51,487 nt of DNA from an uncultured Clostridia bacterium (GCA_937863465.1 CALMFG010000112.1:1-51487), one strand, 5' to 3'; positions 9,013 through 18,384 are shown, numbered from the stretch's first letter. Numbers and translations: made by a program. The notes: generated from the sequence alone by a model not told the origin.

Positions 9013-9948
9013 TTAAGGGGTGTCTTCCTCTTCGGGCATCGCGTCAATCTTCTGCCAGTTTAAAAACTTGACCAGCACATCGTTGAAGCGTTCAAACTTC
9101 TCTTCATGCAAAAGAAAGCCTGCGTTTCTAATCTGCATCAGATGCGCGTTTTCAATACCCGTGTTAAAGAATTCAATAATCTCTTCGGAGTGGTACGCGT
9201 CGTCCATGCCCCAGAGAATCAATGTTTTATGTTCCAGCATATTTAAATGCTCGATAACCTGCGAATCGTCATAGTGCGCCAGCATCTTCTGCAATACGTT
9301 TTTGGCCAGCGGATCGCGGTACTGGATAAAATAATTTTTGACCATGCGGGGCGTTACCCGCGTCTTGTCAAAAAAGGCTTCTTTCAAGATGTGTTCCATC
9401 ATGCGCTGATGAAAGAAAAAGCGCGCAAAGGCTTTTCCGGCAAACGTGGCCATGAACTTCAACCCGAAGGGATAGCTCATGTTGATGCCGCCGGGCGAGA
9501 TCAAAACCAGTCTATCCACACGATTCGGCATGCGGAGCGCCACATCCAACGCATACGCCGCGCCTTCGGCAAAAGCCACGAATGTGACCTTTTCAAGACC
9601 CAGCGTGTTGATGAAAGCTTCCAGGAATACGCCCTGGTCTTCGACCGAATAGAAGATATCCGGCTTTTCGGAAAAACCACAGCCGATGAGATCGGGCGTG
9701 ATGGCGCGATATCCCTTGGATGCCACGTGGAACATGGATTTTCGGAAAGTATAGGCGCTGGAAAAAGCGCCGTGTACAAACACCACCGGTTCGCCGTGCC
9801 CGTGGTCATGGTAATGCATGGTAAAGACCTGTTCAAACTCTTCGGCCTTACGCTCGTTTTTATATTCCTCTAAAACAATGGAAACATCGATATATTTGCC
9901 TGTATTCTGCGCATTGACGAATTTGCCTTCTTTTTTGGGCTCAAACAT
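9013..9948 (-). CDS. Alpha/beta-hydrolase-fold protein lacking the canonical nucleophile and His (probable pseudo-hydrolase)
   Basis: GEPVVFVHGAFSSAYTFRK...DLIGCGFSEKP is typical of the fold. The nucleophile elbow reads VAFAEGA instead of GxSxG, and the C-terminal GH motif reads AGFLLHEEK. Confidence 0.75.
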   Translation of the reverse strand: MFEPKKEGKFVNAQNTGKYIDVSIVLEEYKNERKAEEFEQVFTMHYHDHGHGEPVVFVHGAFSSAYTFRKSMFHVASKGYRAITPDLIGCGFSEKPDIFYSVEDQGVFLEAFINTLGLEKVTFVAFAEGAAYALDVALRMPNRVDRLVLISPGGINMSYPFGLKFMATFAGKAFARFFFHQRMMEHILKEAFFDKTRVTPRMVKNYFIQYRDPLAKNVLQKMLAHYDDSQVIEHLNMLEHKTLILWGMDDAYHSEEIIEFFNTGIENAHLMQIRNAGFLLHEEKFERFNDVLVKFLNWQKIDAMPEEEDTP

Positions 9949-9999
9949 CGCTTTTCCACCTTTCCCCGAGCATTAAACGCGATTCTGCGTGCGCACACC

Positions 10000-10028
10000 A
10001 TATTACAAAAAAAGTTGTTATTTTGCAA
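10000..10028 (-). promoter_or_regulatory. Putative sigma-A promoter of the hydrolase-like / DnaD / DnaI-like operon
   Basis: Minus strand reads TTGCAA, 17 nt spacer, TAATAT, about 50 nt upstream of ATG 9948. Confidence 0.5.
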
Positions 10029-10158
10029 CTCATATTTTACACCCTGCGCGTTCGCTTTTCAATGATAACACATCTTCTTTACGCCGTGTCATGAACAATC
10101 ATAAAACATTTTTTAAAGTCAAAATCTTCGCTTTCGCGCCAAAAAAGCCCAATCGCGT

Positions 10159-10187
10159 TTGACTTTTTATGATGCCTAAAGTATAAT
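10159..10187 (+). promoter_or_regulatory. Sigma-A promoter of the short alaS-like gene
   Basis: TTGACT, 17 nt spacer, TATAAT, about 88 nt upstream of ATG 10275. Confidence 0.65.
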
Positions 10188-10274
10188 TTTTTGCGAACGC
10201 CCATCCCTGCTGTTTGGGCATAAAAAAAGACCGTTTAACCGTCAATTTCAATATATTTTAGGAGAATTAACCCG

Positions 10275-12071
10275 ATGAAACACTTGACCTCGGACCAGCT
10301 CAGAACCATGTACCTGGAATTTTTCAGGGAAAAAGGACACGCCGTCATTCCCTCTTCCTCGCTGATTCCGGAAAACGACCCGACCGTACTCTTCACAACC
10401 GCCGGCATGCATCCGCTGGTGCCCTATCTTTTGGGAGAAAAACACCCCGAAGGCAAGCGGCTGGTGGATGTTCAAAAATGTATCCGTACCGGCGATATCG
10501 ACGATGTGGGCGACGCCAGCCACTGTACCTTCTTTGAGATGCTGGGCAACTGGTCGCTCGGCGACTACTTTAAAAAAGACGCCATCGCGTTCAGCTATGA
10601 ATTTTTAACCAGCGAGAAGTACCTCGCGCTGCCCAAGGATATTCTCTATTTCACCTGCTTTGCGGGCGACGAAAACGCGCCGCGCGACAACGAATCGGCT
10701 GAATACTGGATGAGCCACGGCGTGGACAAGAGCCATATCTTCTTCCTGGACAAAAAGCATAACTGGTGGGGCCCCGCGGGAACCACCGGCCCCTGCGGAC
10801 CGGACACCGAGATGTTTATCGATACCGGAAAAGAACCCTGCGGCGAGAATTGCGATCCGTCCTGTTCCTGCGGCAAGTACCTGGAAATCTGGAATGACGT
10901 TTTTATGCAGTACAACAAAAACGCCGAAGGCCAGTTTGAACCGCTTTCCCAGCAGAATGTGGACACCGGCATGGGTCTCGACCGTACCATCGCCACCCTG
11001 CAGGGCAAAAGAAGCGTATACGACACCGATGTGTTTGAAAAAATCATCGGCAAGATAGAGGAACTTAGCGGCAAACGCTACGCCAGCGCGGATGACGAGG
11101 ACTTAAAGTCCTTCCGCATCATCGCCGACCACATCCGCTGTGCGTCGTTTATTTTGGGCGACCCGCGCGGTGTCACCCCATCCAACGTGGATCAGGGCTA
11201 TGTCCTGCGCCGCCTCATCCGCCGCGCCATCCGCTACGGGCTTAAGATGGGCATTGCCGAAGGCAGTTTAAAGGATATCGCTTCGGCGGTTATTGAGCAG
11301 TACAAGAGCGCTTACCCTGAGCTGATTGATAACGAAAACCGCATTCTGGATGAGCTGGACAAAGAGGAACAGCGGTTCCAGCGCACCATCCGTCAGGGGC
11401 TCAAGGAATTTGACAAGCTGACCCAGCGTTTGGAAAACAAAAAAATCGACGGTCAGGCCGCTTTCCATCTCTACGACACCTTCGGTTTCCCGCTGGAATT
11501 CACATTGGAGCTGGCCAAAGAAAAGGGCTACTCGGTGGACGAAGCGGGCTTCAACGCCGCATTCGAGCAGCACCAGAAGGTTTCGGCCGCTGGCGCCGAA
11601 CAGCGCTTCAAGGGCGGACTCGCCGATACCAGCGAAGTGACCGCCAAGCTGCACACGGCCACCCACCTGATGCACGATGCACTCGGCAAGGTTCTGGGAA
11701 GCGAAGTAAACCAGATGGGTTCCAACATCACCCCCGAACGCCTGCGCTTCGACTTTGGTTTTGAACGCAAACTGACCGACGAGGAATTAAAGCGCGTCGA
11801 GGATATCGTCAACGAAGCGATTGCCAAGAAAATCCCGATTACCATTGAGGAGATGAGCGTGGCCGACGCCAAAGCACAGGGCGCGGTCGGCATATTCGAT
11901 GACAAATACGGCAACATCGTCAAGGTATACACCATGGGCACCTACTCCAAGGAAATCTGCGGCGGACCGCACGCGTCCAACACGGGCGACCTCGGACATT
12001 TCGTGATTCAAAAGGAACAGTCCTCTTCGGCGGGTGTCCGCAGAATCAAGGCTGTACTGATTGACGAATAA
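10275..12071 (+). CDS. alaS: Alanine--tRNA ligase, short form (catalytic, tRNA-recognition and editing domains; no C-Ala domain)
   Basis: FFREKGH...PSSSLIP.NDPT.LFTTAGM, FFEMLGNWSLGDYFK, WGPAG.TGPCGP..E, DTGMGLDR. Editing domain has HTATHLMH and CGGPH. Total length is only 598 aa. Confidence 0.85.
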   Translation: MKHLTSDQLRTMYLEFFREKGHAVIPSSSLIPENDPTVLFTTAGMHPLVPYLLGEKHPEGKRLVDVQKCIRTGDIDDVGDASHCTFFEMLGNWSLGDYFKKDAIAFSYEFLTSEKYLALPKDILYFTCFAGDENAPRDNESAEYWMSHGVDKSHIFFLDKKHNWWGPAGTTGPCGPDTEMFIDTGKEPCGENCDPSCSCGKYLEIWNDVFMQYNKNAEGQFEPLSQQNVDTGMGLDRTIATLQGKRSVYDTDVFEKIIGKIEELSGKRYASADDEDLKSFRIIADHIRCASFILGDPRGVTPSNVDQGYVLRRLIRRAIRYGLKMGIAEGSLKDIASAVIEQYKSAYPELIDNENRILDELDKEEQRFQRTIRQGLKEFDKLTQRLENKKIDGQAAFHLYDTFGFPLEFTLELAKEKGYSVDEAGFNAAFEQHQKVSAAGAEQRFKGGLADTSEVTAKLHTATHLMHDALGKVLGSEVNQMGSNITPERLRFDFGFERKLTDEELKRVEDIVNEAIAKKIPITIEEMSVADAKAQGAVGIFDDKYGNIVKVYTMGTYSKEICGGPHASNTGDLGHFVIQKEQSSSAGVRRIKAVLIDE

Positions 12072-12086
12072 CGCATAAAAAAAAAT

Positions 12087-12130
12087 AAAGCGCTGATCAG
12101 GGAACTTCCCCGAAAGGCGCTTTTTTATTT
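12087..12130. terminator. Putative bidirectional terminator between convergent genes
   Basis: AAGCGC ... GCGCTT stem enclosing a GC-rich inner hairpin, followed by TTTTTTATTTCTTTTTTTT. Confidence 0.5.
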
Positions 12131-12137
12131 CTTTTTT

Positions 12138-13703
12138 TTAAATCATCACGCTGAAGCTGACCGTCATAAACCCATACAGCACCGCCGGAAAGAAGGCGGA
12201 TACCGGCATATTGTTGCCCAGCCGCTGAAGGCTTTCGGCGTAGTACAGGCAAAAAGCGATGAGTCCGAACTGCAGACCCATACGATAGAGCTGGGTGCTT
12301 CCGTTCATAAACGCCATGATGAACAGCATGATGAGCGGCACCAGAAAAGCCAGACGGATGAGATATCGCTGAACGAGCTCGGACGCTCCTTTCATGTACA
12401 TCACGCTGTATTCCAGTGTGTAGAAGTAAAAAGCCGCCCAAGACAGGATGATTGAGATGCCGAGATAGAACCATTTAGTCTTAAACACATCGAAGCCGGT
12501 GAATCCGGCCAGCGACCAGAACAGGATGCCGGTTGAAAGGATAAACCCGACGAAGAAGGCAATTCCGCCGCCGAGCGCGGTATCACCTGTGTGGATGACT
12601 TTTCGGAATTTCAGCTCAGTGAGGCCGGTCAGCGCATAGGCCGCAAAGATGACCAGCACATCGTCATAGAAAGGCGAAATTTTGTATACCATCCGATCGG
12701 CATAATAATACCGAAACAAAAAGTACAGCCCGATGACCACCGCCGAAAGCAACATCCGCTTAACCCCGAAACCATACGGGGATTTTTCCTTTTTGCTGAC
12801 GCGCATGGAGGGCGCAAAGGCCTTGCCCAGGAAATAGACCATGGCCATCATGCCGAACATGGCCAAAAAGAACAGAATGGAACGCGTGTTGAAGTAGTCG
12901 TCCTGAATCTCGCGGTTGGCGTTTGCCGCCACCTTAAACACAATTTTTTTGATATACGCGTTTGAGGACTGCTCCAGTCCGGGGATGGCATAATCCAGCT
13001 GGTCAAACTCCACCGTTCCGGCCAGATTGATATTGCGCGACTGGCTGGTGTTGAGGATTTCATTGGTCAAACCCGAATATAGCAGGGGCGCTAAAACATT
13101 GCAGTAATCCTGGTTAAACCCTGAATACAGCACCAGCACATGGCTGTGTTCGCCCACCGACATCAGCTCATCACTGATGAGGTTGGAATCCGAGCGCGTG
13201 GTGAAGGGTTCAATCAGGTACAGATCCTGCGCGGTGTTGTACGCGGCGGCATATTTCAGCGCGCTCCGGGCACCCAGCCCTTCGCCGACGATGAAGATAT
13301 CCTCCATATCCATCCCGCTGATTAATACGAATTTATCCATCGCTTTGGAAAGCGTAGTTTCGAGATATCCGTTGGTGTAAAGATTGGTGCTGAATTCCCC
13401 GTCCGATTCGCCGTGGCCGGGCAGATCATAGTAAAATACCGTGTAACCTTCGCGGTTCAGTGCCGAAGCCAGCGCGGTCATGCTGGTCTTGTCTTTGCCC
13501 TGGTCGTGCACTAAAATGACGCCTTTGTCCAGATCCAGATCGCCCTGCACGTAGGTTCCGTGTATCTTTTGACCACTGCTGTTAAAAACCACGGTCTTTA
13601 TTTCCGATGTAAATGATTTGGTGCTGATATTGATGATGCACACTGTTGAAATGAGCAGCAGCGCCAAAAACAATGTCAGCGACACGCCTCTAATCCGTTT
13701 CAT
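12138..13703 (-). CDS. Signal-anchored alpha/beta-hydrolase-like domain fused to a C-terminal polytopic membrane domain
   Basis: N-terminal TM segment; VILVHDQGKDKTS...YYDLPGHGESDG is hydrolase-like. The nucleophile elbow reads IVGEGLGA (Gly where Ser is expected). About 8 TM helices occupy the C-terminal half. Confidence 0.7.
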   Translation of the reverse strand: MKRIRGVSLTLFLALLLISTVCIINISTKSFTSEIKTVVFNSSGQKIHGTYVQGDLDLDKGVILVHDQGKDKTSMTALASALNREGYTVFYYDLPGHGESDGEFSTNLYTNGYLETTLSKAMDKFVLISGMDMEDIFIVGEGLGARSALKYAAAYNTAQDLYLIEPFTTRSDSNLISDELMSVGEHSHVLVLYSGFNQDYCNVLAPLLYSGLTNEILNTSQSRNINLAGTVEFDQLDYAIPGLEQSSNAYIKKIVFKVAANANREIQDDYFNTRSILFFLAMFGMMAMVYFLGKAFAPSMRVSKKEKSPYGFGVKRMLLSAVVIGLYFLFRYYYADRMVYKISPFYDDVLVIFAAYALTGLTELKFRKVIHTGDTALGGGIAFFVGFILSTGILFWSLAGFTGFDVFKTKWFYLGISIILSWAAFYFYTLEYSVMYMKGASELVQRYLIRLAFLVPLIMLFIMAFMNGSTQLYRMGLQFGLIAFCLYYAESLQRLGNNMPVSAFFPAVLYGFMTVSFSVMI

Positions 13704-13731
13704 AGTTTCCTTTTAAGCCCCTTTACCCTTT

Positions 13732-14253
13732 TTATTTATTATATATGTTTTCATTCCGAACAACGGCCACAATCACCGGCATGTCCTTGACTTCCAGCGC
13801 TTTGACCGATTCGGGCCCCAGGTCCGAATACGCAATCTCCTTCAGTGACAGCACCGATTTGGCAATCAGCGCCCCTGCGCCGCCCGTGGCGGCAAAGTAC
13901 ACCGCGTTGTTCCGTAAAATCGCCTGTTTCACGGCGTCCCCCACCGGCCCTTTGCCGATGACACAGCCGAGGCCCAAGTCATACAGCGCGGGCGCATAAG
14001 CGTCCATCCGGCTGGATGTGGTGGGTCCGCAGGCGCCGATGATTTCGCCCGGCGGTGCGGGCGTGGGTCCGGCGTAATAGATACACGCACTTTCAATCTC
14101 AAACGGCAGTTCTTGCCCGCCTTCCAGCGCGGTCTGCATCCGTGCGTGCGCGGCATCGCGCGCCGTATAGATTCTGCCCGAAAGCAGCACCTCTTCGCCG
14201 ACGTGTAGATTATTGATTTCGTTTTGATCAATCGGTAATGTCAGTCTCTTCAT
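13732..14253 (-). CDS. Class I Fe-S hydro-lyase (fumarate hydratase / tartrate dehydratase) beta subunit
   Basis: 173 aa, GRIYTARDAAHARM...IYYAGPTP...GPTTSSRMD...IGKG, typical of the Fumerase_C domain. Confidence 0.88.
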   Translation of the reverse strand: MKRLTLPIDQNEINNLHVGEEVLLSGRIYTARDAAHARMQTALEGGQELPFEIESACIYYAGPTPAPPGEIIGACGPTTSSRMDAYAPALYDLGLGCVIGKGPVGDAVKQAILRNNAVYFAATGGAGALIAKSVLSLKEIAYSDLGPESVKALEVKDMPVIVAVVRNENIYNK

Positions 14254-14259
14254 CGCCGT

Positions 14260-15096
14260 TTATATCTCCGCGGTGCTGTGCCGTGCCGCATGGCAGTTGA
14301 AGTTAATCGCCACCGGCATGCCCGCCAGATGCGTCGGGAAGGTGCCGATTTTGACACCGAGGCAGTAGATATCGCCGGGGAAGCCCATGGCGCCCATGCC
14401 CTGGTTATTGGCGATGCCGCAGAGCTCCTGCTCCAGCGCCGCAAGGCTTTCGTCCTGGTTTTCGTCGTTTAAATCCCGAAAGAGCTGGCGTTTGGCCAAA
14501 AGGGCCGCCTGTTCCATGGTGCCGCCGATGCCGATGCCCAGAATGACGGGCGGGCAGGGCGAACCGCCGGCCGTGTTTACGGCTTCGGCGACCAGCGCTT
14601 TGATGCCGGCTATGCCGTCCGAGGGTTTCATCATGCGAAGAACTCCCATGTTTTCACTGCCAAAGCCCTTGGCCATCACTGAAATTCTGATGCGGTCGCC
14701 TGAGACAATCTCATAGTGGATGACGGCGGGCGTGTTGTCGCCTGTGTTTTTCCGCGTGATGGGGTCGAGGACGCTTTTTCGATAATAGCCGTCGGCATAC
14801 GCGCGCTTCACTCCGCGGTTGACAGCGGCACTTAAATCGCCCTCAATCATCACTTCCTGCCCGATATCGATGAACACCACAGCCATGCCCGTGTCCTGAC
14901 AGGACGGCAGACTGGATGCCGCGCAAAGCGTCAGATTCGCAAGGAGCTGTTCCAGCACCTTTTTCGGCGCTTCGCCGGTCTCGGTTTCGGCCGCTTTTTT
15001 TAAGGTTTCGGCCACATCGGGCGCAGGCATTTTAGCCGTCTTTAAAAACAGCTGATAAACGGTGTTTTCGATTTCTTCCGCTCTGACCTTGCGCAT
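14260..15096 (-). CDS. Class I Fe-S hydro-lyase (fumarate hydratase / tartrate dehydratase) alpha subunit
   Basis: PSCQDTGMAVVFIDIGQEV..., GSPCPPVILGIGIGG. Start set at ATG 15096 (MRKVRAEE) behind AAAGGAG. Confidence 0.88.
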   Translation of the reverse strand: MRKVRAEEIENTVYQLFLKTAKMPAPDVAETLKKAAETETGEAPKKVLEQLLANLTLCAASSLPSCQDTGMAVVFIDIGQEVMIEGDLSAAVNRGVKRAYADGYYRKSVLDPITRKNTGDNTPAVIHYEIVSGDRIRISVMAKGFGSENMGVLRMMKPSDGIAGIKALVAEAVNTAGGSPCPPVILGIGIGGTMEQAALLAKRQLFRDLNDENQDESLAALEQELCGIANNQGMGAMGFPGDIYCLGVKIGTFPTHLAGMPVAINFNCHAARHSTAEI

Positions 15097-15189
15097 CCTG
15101 TGGTCTGCCGCTCCTTTTCTTCGTCGCTTGTTAGTATACTGTTTTTGAGAAAAAAAGTAAACCACAGCGTGGTTTACATAATGTTATAT

Positions 15190-15978
15190 CTATAGTTTCA
15201 CCTGGGTGGCTTTGCGACGGGTGAACGATGTGTAGTACCGAAAGCCCATCTCCTTCAGCTTTTCGGCGGTCTCCCACACCGCGTCACCCACGCGGTCGGC
15301 GCTGTGCGCGTCCGAGCCCAGCGTGAGAATTTCGCCGCCCAGCTCCCGATACCGCTTAAGGATGGATTCGTTCGGCAGGGTATCGCCCGTGGTCTCGATG
15401 CCTTTGGTGTTCACCTCAATCCCCTTGCCGCTCTGTACGGCGCGCTTCAGGATGCTGTCCAATATGTCGGCGTAGTCCGCATAGTGTATCTGTCGGTTTT
15501 CGCCCGGATAGAACCGCGATGCGTAGCCGATGTGGCCGATGACGTCATAATCGTCAAAATCCCGCATCCCGTCATCAATCGCCTGCAGGTATGCGGTGTA
15601 GGCCTGTTCTTTCGTTTTTCCCACAAAGAACTCGGGGTAGTATGGGTCGATGCCGTCCAGCACATGAACCGATGCGATGACAAAGTCGAAGGGGTGTGCA
15701 TTAATGATGTTTACATAATCTTTCTTCGTTTCGGCCGTGATGCCAATCTCCACACCTTTTTTAATCGCAAGCGACGGGAAGTTTTTTTGCACCGCGTCCA
15801 TCTCGGCACTGCGCGCATCGAAGTCAAACGCAAAATGCAAATCATACGGATAGTCGATATCAATATGGTCGGTGACGGCGATTTCGCTTAAATTTTGTTC
15901 CACGGCTTTTTCGCATATGCCGAGAAGCTTCTGCTCGCTGTCGGTCGAATAGTCACTGTGGATATGATAGTCCTGCAT
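15190..15978 (-). CDS. PHP-family histidinol-phosphatase (HisJ/HisK type)
   Basis: MQDYHIHSDYSTDS..., VTDHID, SVH, IGH, GSDAH metal-ligand motifs. Confidence 0.85.
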   Translation of the reverse strand: MQDYHIHSDYSTDSEQKLLGICEKAVEQNLSEIAVTDHIDIDYPYDLHFAFDFDARSAEMDAVQKNFPSLAIKKGVEIGITAETKKDYVNIINAHPFDFVIASVHVLDGIDPYYPEFFVGKTKEQAYTAYLQAIDDGMRDFDDYDVIGHIGYASRFYPGENRQIHYADYADILDSILKRAVQSGKGIEVNTKGIETTGDTLPNESILKRYRELGGEILTLGSDAHSADRVGDAVWETAEKLKEMGFRYYTSFTRRKATQVKL

Positions 15979-17391
15979 CTACTGCTCCTTTAATATCTGT
16001 CTCGCCAATGTCATCAGCTGGTCCTTTTTGTTCTGTCCGGGGCTTAGGAGCACCCGCGCGTGCAGTTTTTTCAGCACCTTTCCCACGGTTTCCCCCTCAC
16101 GGATATTCAGCGCTTCCATCAGCGTTTTGCCGTCAATATCCATGTCGGCAATCGTTTCGGGTGTTCCGCTTTCAATCATCTCGTCCAGCACCTTCTGCCA
16201 CCGATCGGCCGAACCGTCGTCCGTCGGTCTGCCCGAACCGGCCAGATCGGCGCGGCGCAGGGCGATGAGTTTTTTAAATCGCTCGAAGCCCAATGCCCCG
16301 GCTTTTTTCTTGATGGTGTTCACCTTGGCTTCGCCGGTCAGGTCAAACATATGGTGGCGAATCAGCTCAGCCGTTTCGGATGTCACGGCTTTGGGCATCT
16401 TTAAATCATTCAGCACCTGCCGGGCCATCTTTTCCCCTTCAGCGTCGTGCCCCACCATCCGGCCGGTCTCACTCAGCATCACCGGCTTGGCGATGTCGTG
16501 TAGAAGTCCAGCCAGCCGAAGTGTATAATCGGGCGGCGCGGCCGCCATGGTCTCAATGCCGTGCATCAGCACATCGTGCGCGTGATAGACCGGATCCTGC
16601 CGTACGCCCGCGCCCAGACAGAGCGCAGGAACGAGGTAATTCAGCGCGCCGCATTCTTTTAATATCATCATACCTCTTTTGGGTTTTGATGCGTTAAATG
16701 CGCCTTTAAAGCCCTGGTATTTGATATCTGCAAGCAGAATCTTTTTCAGCTCGGTCTGCTTGCGCTCGCCTGTGATGTCCTTTAAATAGACCGCATATTG
16801 TTTGGCAGCCTTGAACAGCGCGGGGTCCACTTTGAAGTTCAGTTCAGCCGCAAAACGCGCCATACGCATGATGCGCAGTCCATCGTCGCTCAAGGTCTCT
16901 CGGGCGTCCTGCTTGACTGCGCGGATGCGCATATCCATTAAATCAGTCTGTCCGCCTAAAGGGTCGACCAGTGTATTTCCTAAAATATCATAGTATAGCG
17001 CGTTGATGGTGAAATCCCGCCTTAAGGCATCGGCTGTGATGTCCTCGGTAAACTGAACCGCGCTGGGGCGGTGGGCGCCGCCTTCATGGTAAAAATCCTG
17101 ACGAAAGGTGGTGTGCTCAAAGCTGATTTTTTCGCCGTCTTCAAAAAGGTCGATCTGTACTGTGCCAAAATCCAGCGCCTTGGGAACCACCCGAACAAAA
17201 TCCATGCTTTTAAAAAAAGCCATCACTTGTTCCGGCGTGGCTTTTGATGCGATATCCAGATCGGCCGAGGGCAGGGCAAGCAGTGCGTTACGCACATGTC
17301 CCCCCACCATGAAAAGCTTAACGCCATTTTCCTCAAACATCTCTGCCAGATGGATGATGGGTTTTTCCAGATTTATTTTTACCGATTTCAC
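15979..17391 (-). CDS. cca: CCA-adding tRNA nucleotidyltransferase with HD domain
   Basis: VGGHVRN.LL....DLDIA, RRDFTINA, and HD motif LLHDIAKP. Confidence 0.88.
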   Translation of the reverse strand: MKSVKINLEKPIIHLAEMFEENGVKLFMVGGHVRNALLALPSADLDIASKATPEQVMAFFKSMDFVRVVPKALDFGTVQIDLFEDGEKISFEHTTFRQDFYHEGGAHRPSAVQFTEDITADALRRDFTINALYYDILGNTLVDPLGGQTDLMDMRIRAVKQDARETLSDDGLRIMRMARFAAELNFKVDPALFKAAKQYAVYLKDITGERKQTELKKILLADIKYQGFKGAFNASKPKRGMMILKECGALNYLVPALCLGAGVRQDPVYHAHDVLMHGIETMAAAPPDYTLRLAGLLHDIAKPVMLSETGRMVGHDAEGEKMARQVLNDLKMPKAVTSETAELIRHHMFDLTGEAKVNTIKKKAGALGFERFKKLIALRRADLAGSGRPTDDGSADRWQKVLDEMIESGTPETIADMDIDGKTLMEALNIREGETVGKVLKKLHARVLLSPGQNKKDQLMTLARQILKEQ

Positions 17392-17428
17392 TGCGCGTCT
17401 CTTCTCTCTATAAAAGGTTTTCTTACGT

Positions 17429-18265
17429 TCAGCCTTTCTTAAAGTAGATGCCCTCGAACACGGTTTCGGCCGGTCCGGTCATCATCATGGTTTCATCTTC
17501 GAGATATTCAATCTTAAGGTCGCCCGCTTCCAGCTTGACTGTGACACTTCGTTCGGTCAATCCCCGACGCGCACACGCCACCGCCGCCGCACAGCATCCC
17601 GTGCCGCAGGCCATGGTTTTGCCTGCGCCGCGTTCCCATGTGCTGACGATAATCGTGTTTCTGTCCACCACCTCGACGAAGTTGACGTTGGTTTTTTTCG
17701 GGAACAGGTCGTGCTTTTCAATCATGGGGCCGTACTTGAAGACGTCATCCAGAACGATTTTATCCACAAACACCAAGGTATGCGGGACACCCGAGTTGAG
17801 ACAGGCGACGTCAAATGTCTTATCGCCCGCGGTGACGGTCGCGTTCAGAACGTCACCCTCGGCAATTTTTGTCGGAATCTCCTTGGGGTCAAAAACAGGC
17901 TTACCCATATCCACCACCACGGCGGACACCACGCCCTGCTCCAAAACCAGTTTGGGGCGAATCACACCGGCCAGCGTTTCTATGGTCATCTCGGTCTTCT
18001 TGACAATGCCTTTTTCGTAAACGTACTTGGCAAAACAGCGGATGCCGTTGCCGCACATTTCGGCCTCACTGCCGTCGGCGTTGATGATGCGCATCCGCGC
18101 GTCACACGTTTCGGACGGCAGGACGATGATGAGTCCGTCCGCGCCCACCGAAGTATGTCTGGCGCAGATTTCCTTTGCCAGAGCCGGATAGTCCCGTTCT
18201 TTTTCTTTTTTGGGGCTGTACATGACAAAATCGTTGCCCAGCCCATGCATCTTGGTAATCTGCAT
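17429..18265 (-). CDS. dapF: Diaminopimelate epimerase
   Basis: MQITKMHGLGNDFV, NADGSEAEMCGNGIRC, ERGAG.T.ACGTG. Start set at the second ATG (18265), which matches the usual family N-terminus. Confidence 0.93.
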   Translation of the reverse strand: MQITKMHGLGNDFVMYSPKKEKERDYPALAKEICARHTSVGADGLIIVLPSETCDARMRIINADGSEAEMCGNGIRCFAKYVYEKGIVKKTEMTIETLAGVIRPKLVLEQGVVSAVVVDMGKPVFDPKEIPTKIAEGDVLNATVTAGDKTFDVACLNSGVPHTLVFVDKIVLDDVFKYGPMIEKHDLFPKKTNVNFVEVVDRNTIIVSTWERGAGKTMACGTGCCAAAVACARRGLTERSVTVKLEAGDLKIEYLEDETMMMTGPAETVFEGIYFKKG

Positions 18266-18384
18266 GCTATTCCCCATGGTTTCTTTTTCTCATTTGTTGG
18301 TATGATTATAGCAAAGGATAAAATGAATTGCTATCTTTGTCTGTAAATTTTCTGTGCACATCCCGGGCCGCCAGCCCAAAAAGG

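Noticed and set aside
9013-9047. The 35-nt overlap between the DnaD-like ORF (track start 9047, MTRCPKRK...) and the hydrolase-like gene.
   Set aside because: An internal ATG at 8999 (MAAPSNK) with an AAAGGA RBS removes the overlap and gives a family-typical N-terminus. The longer form is probably just an upstream in-frame start.
6619-9948. The DnaD-like / DnaI-like cluster as a prophage or plasmid replication module.
   Set aside because: There is no integrase, recombinase, repressor, structural or att-like repeat nearby. The flanking genes are housekeeping and the composition looks uniform. The multi-repeat DnaB(Bsu)-like architecture fits the chromosomal primosome loader. A phage origin cannot be fully excluded without a whole-genome search for a second copy.
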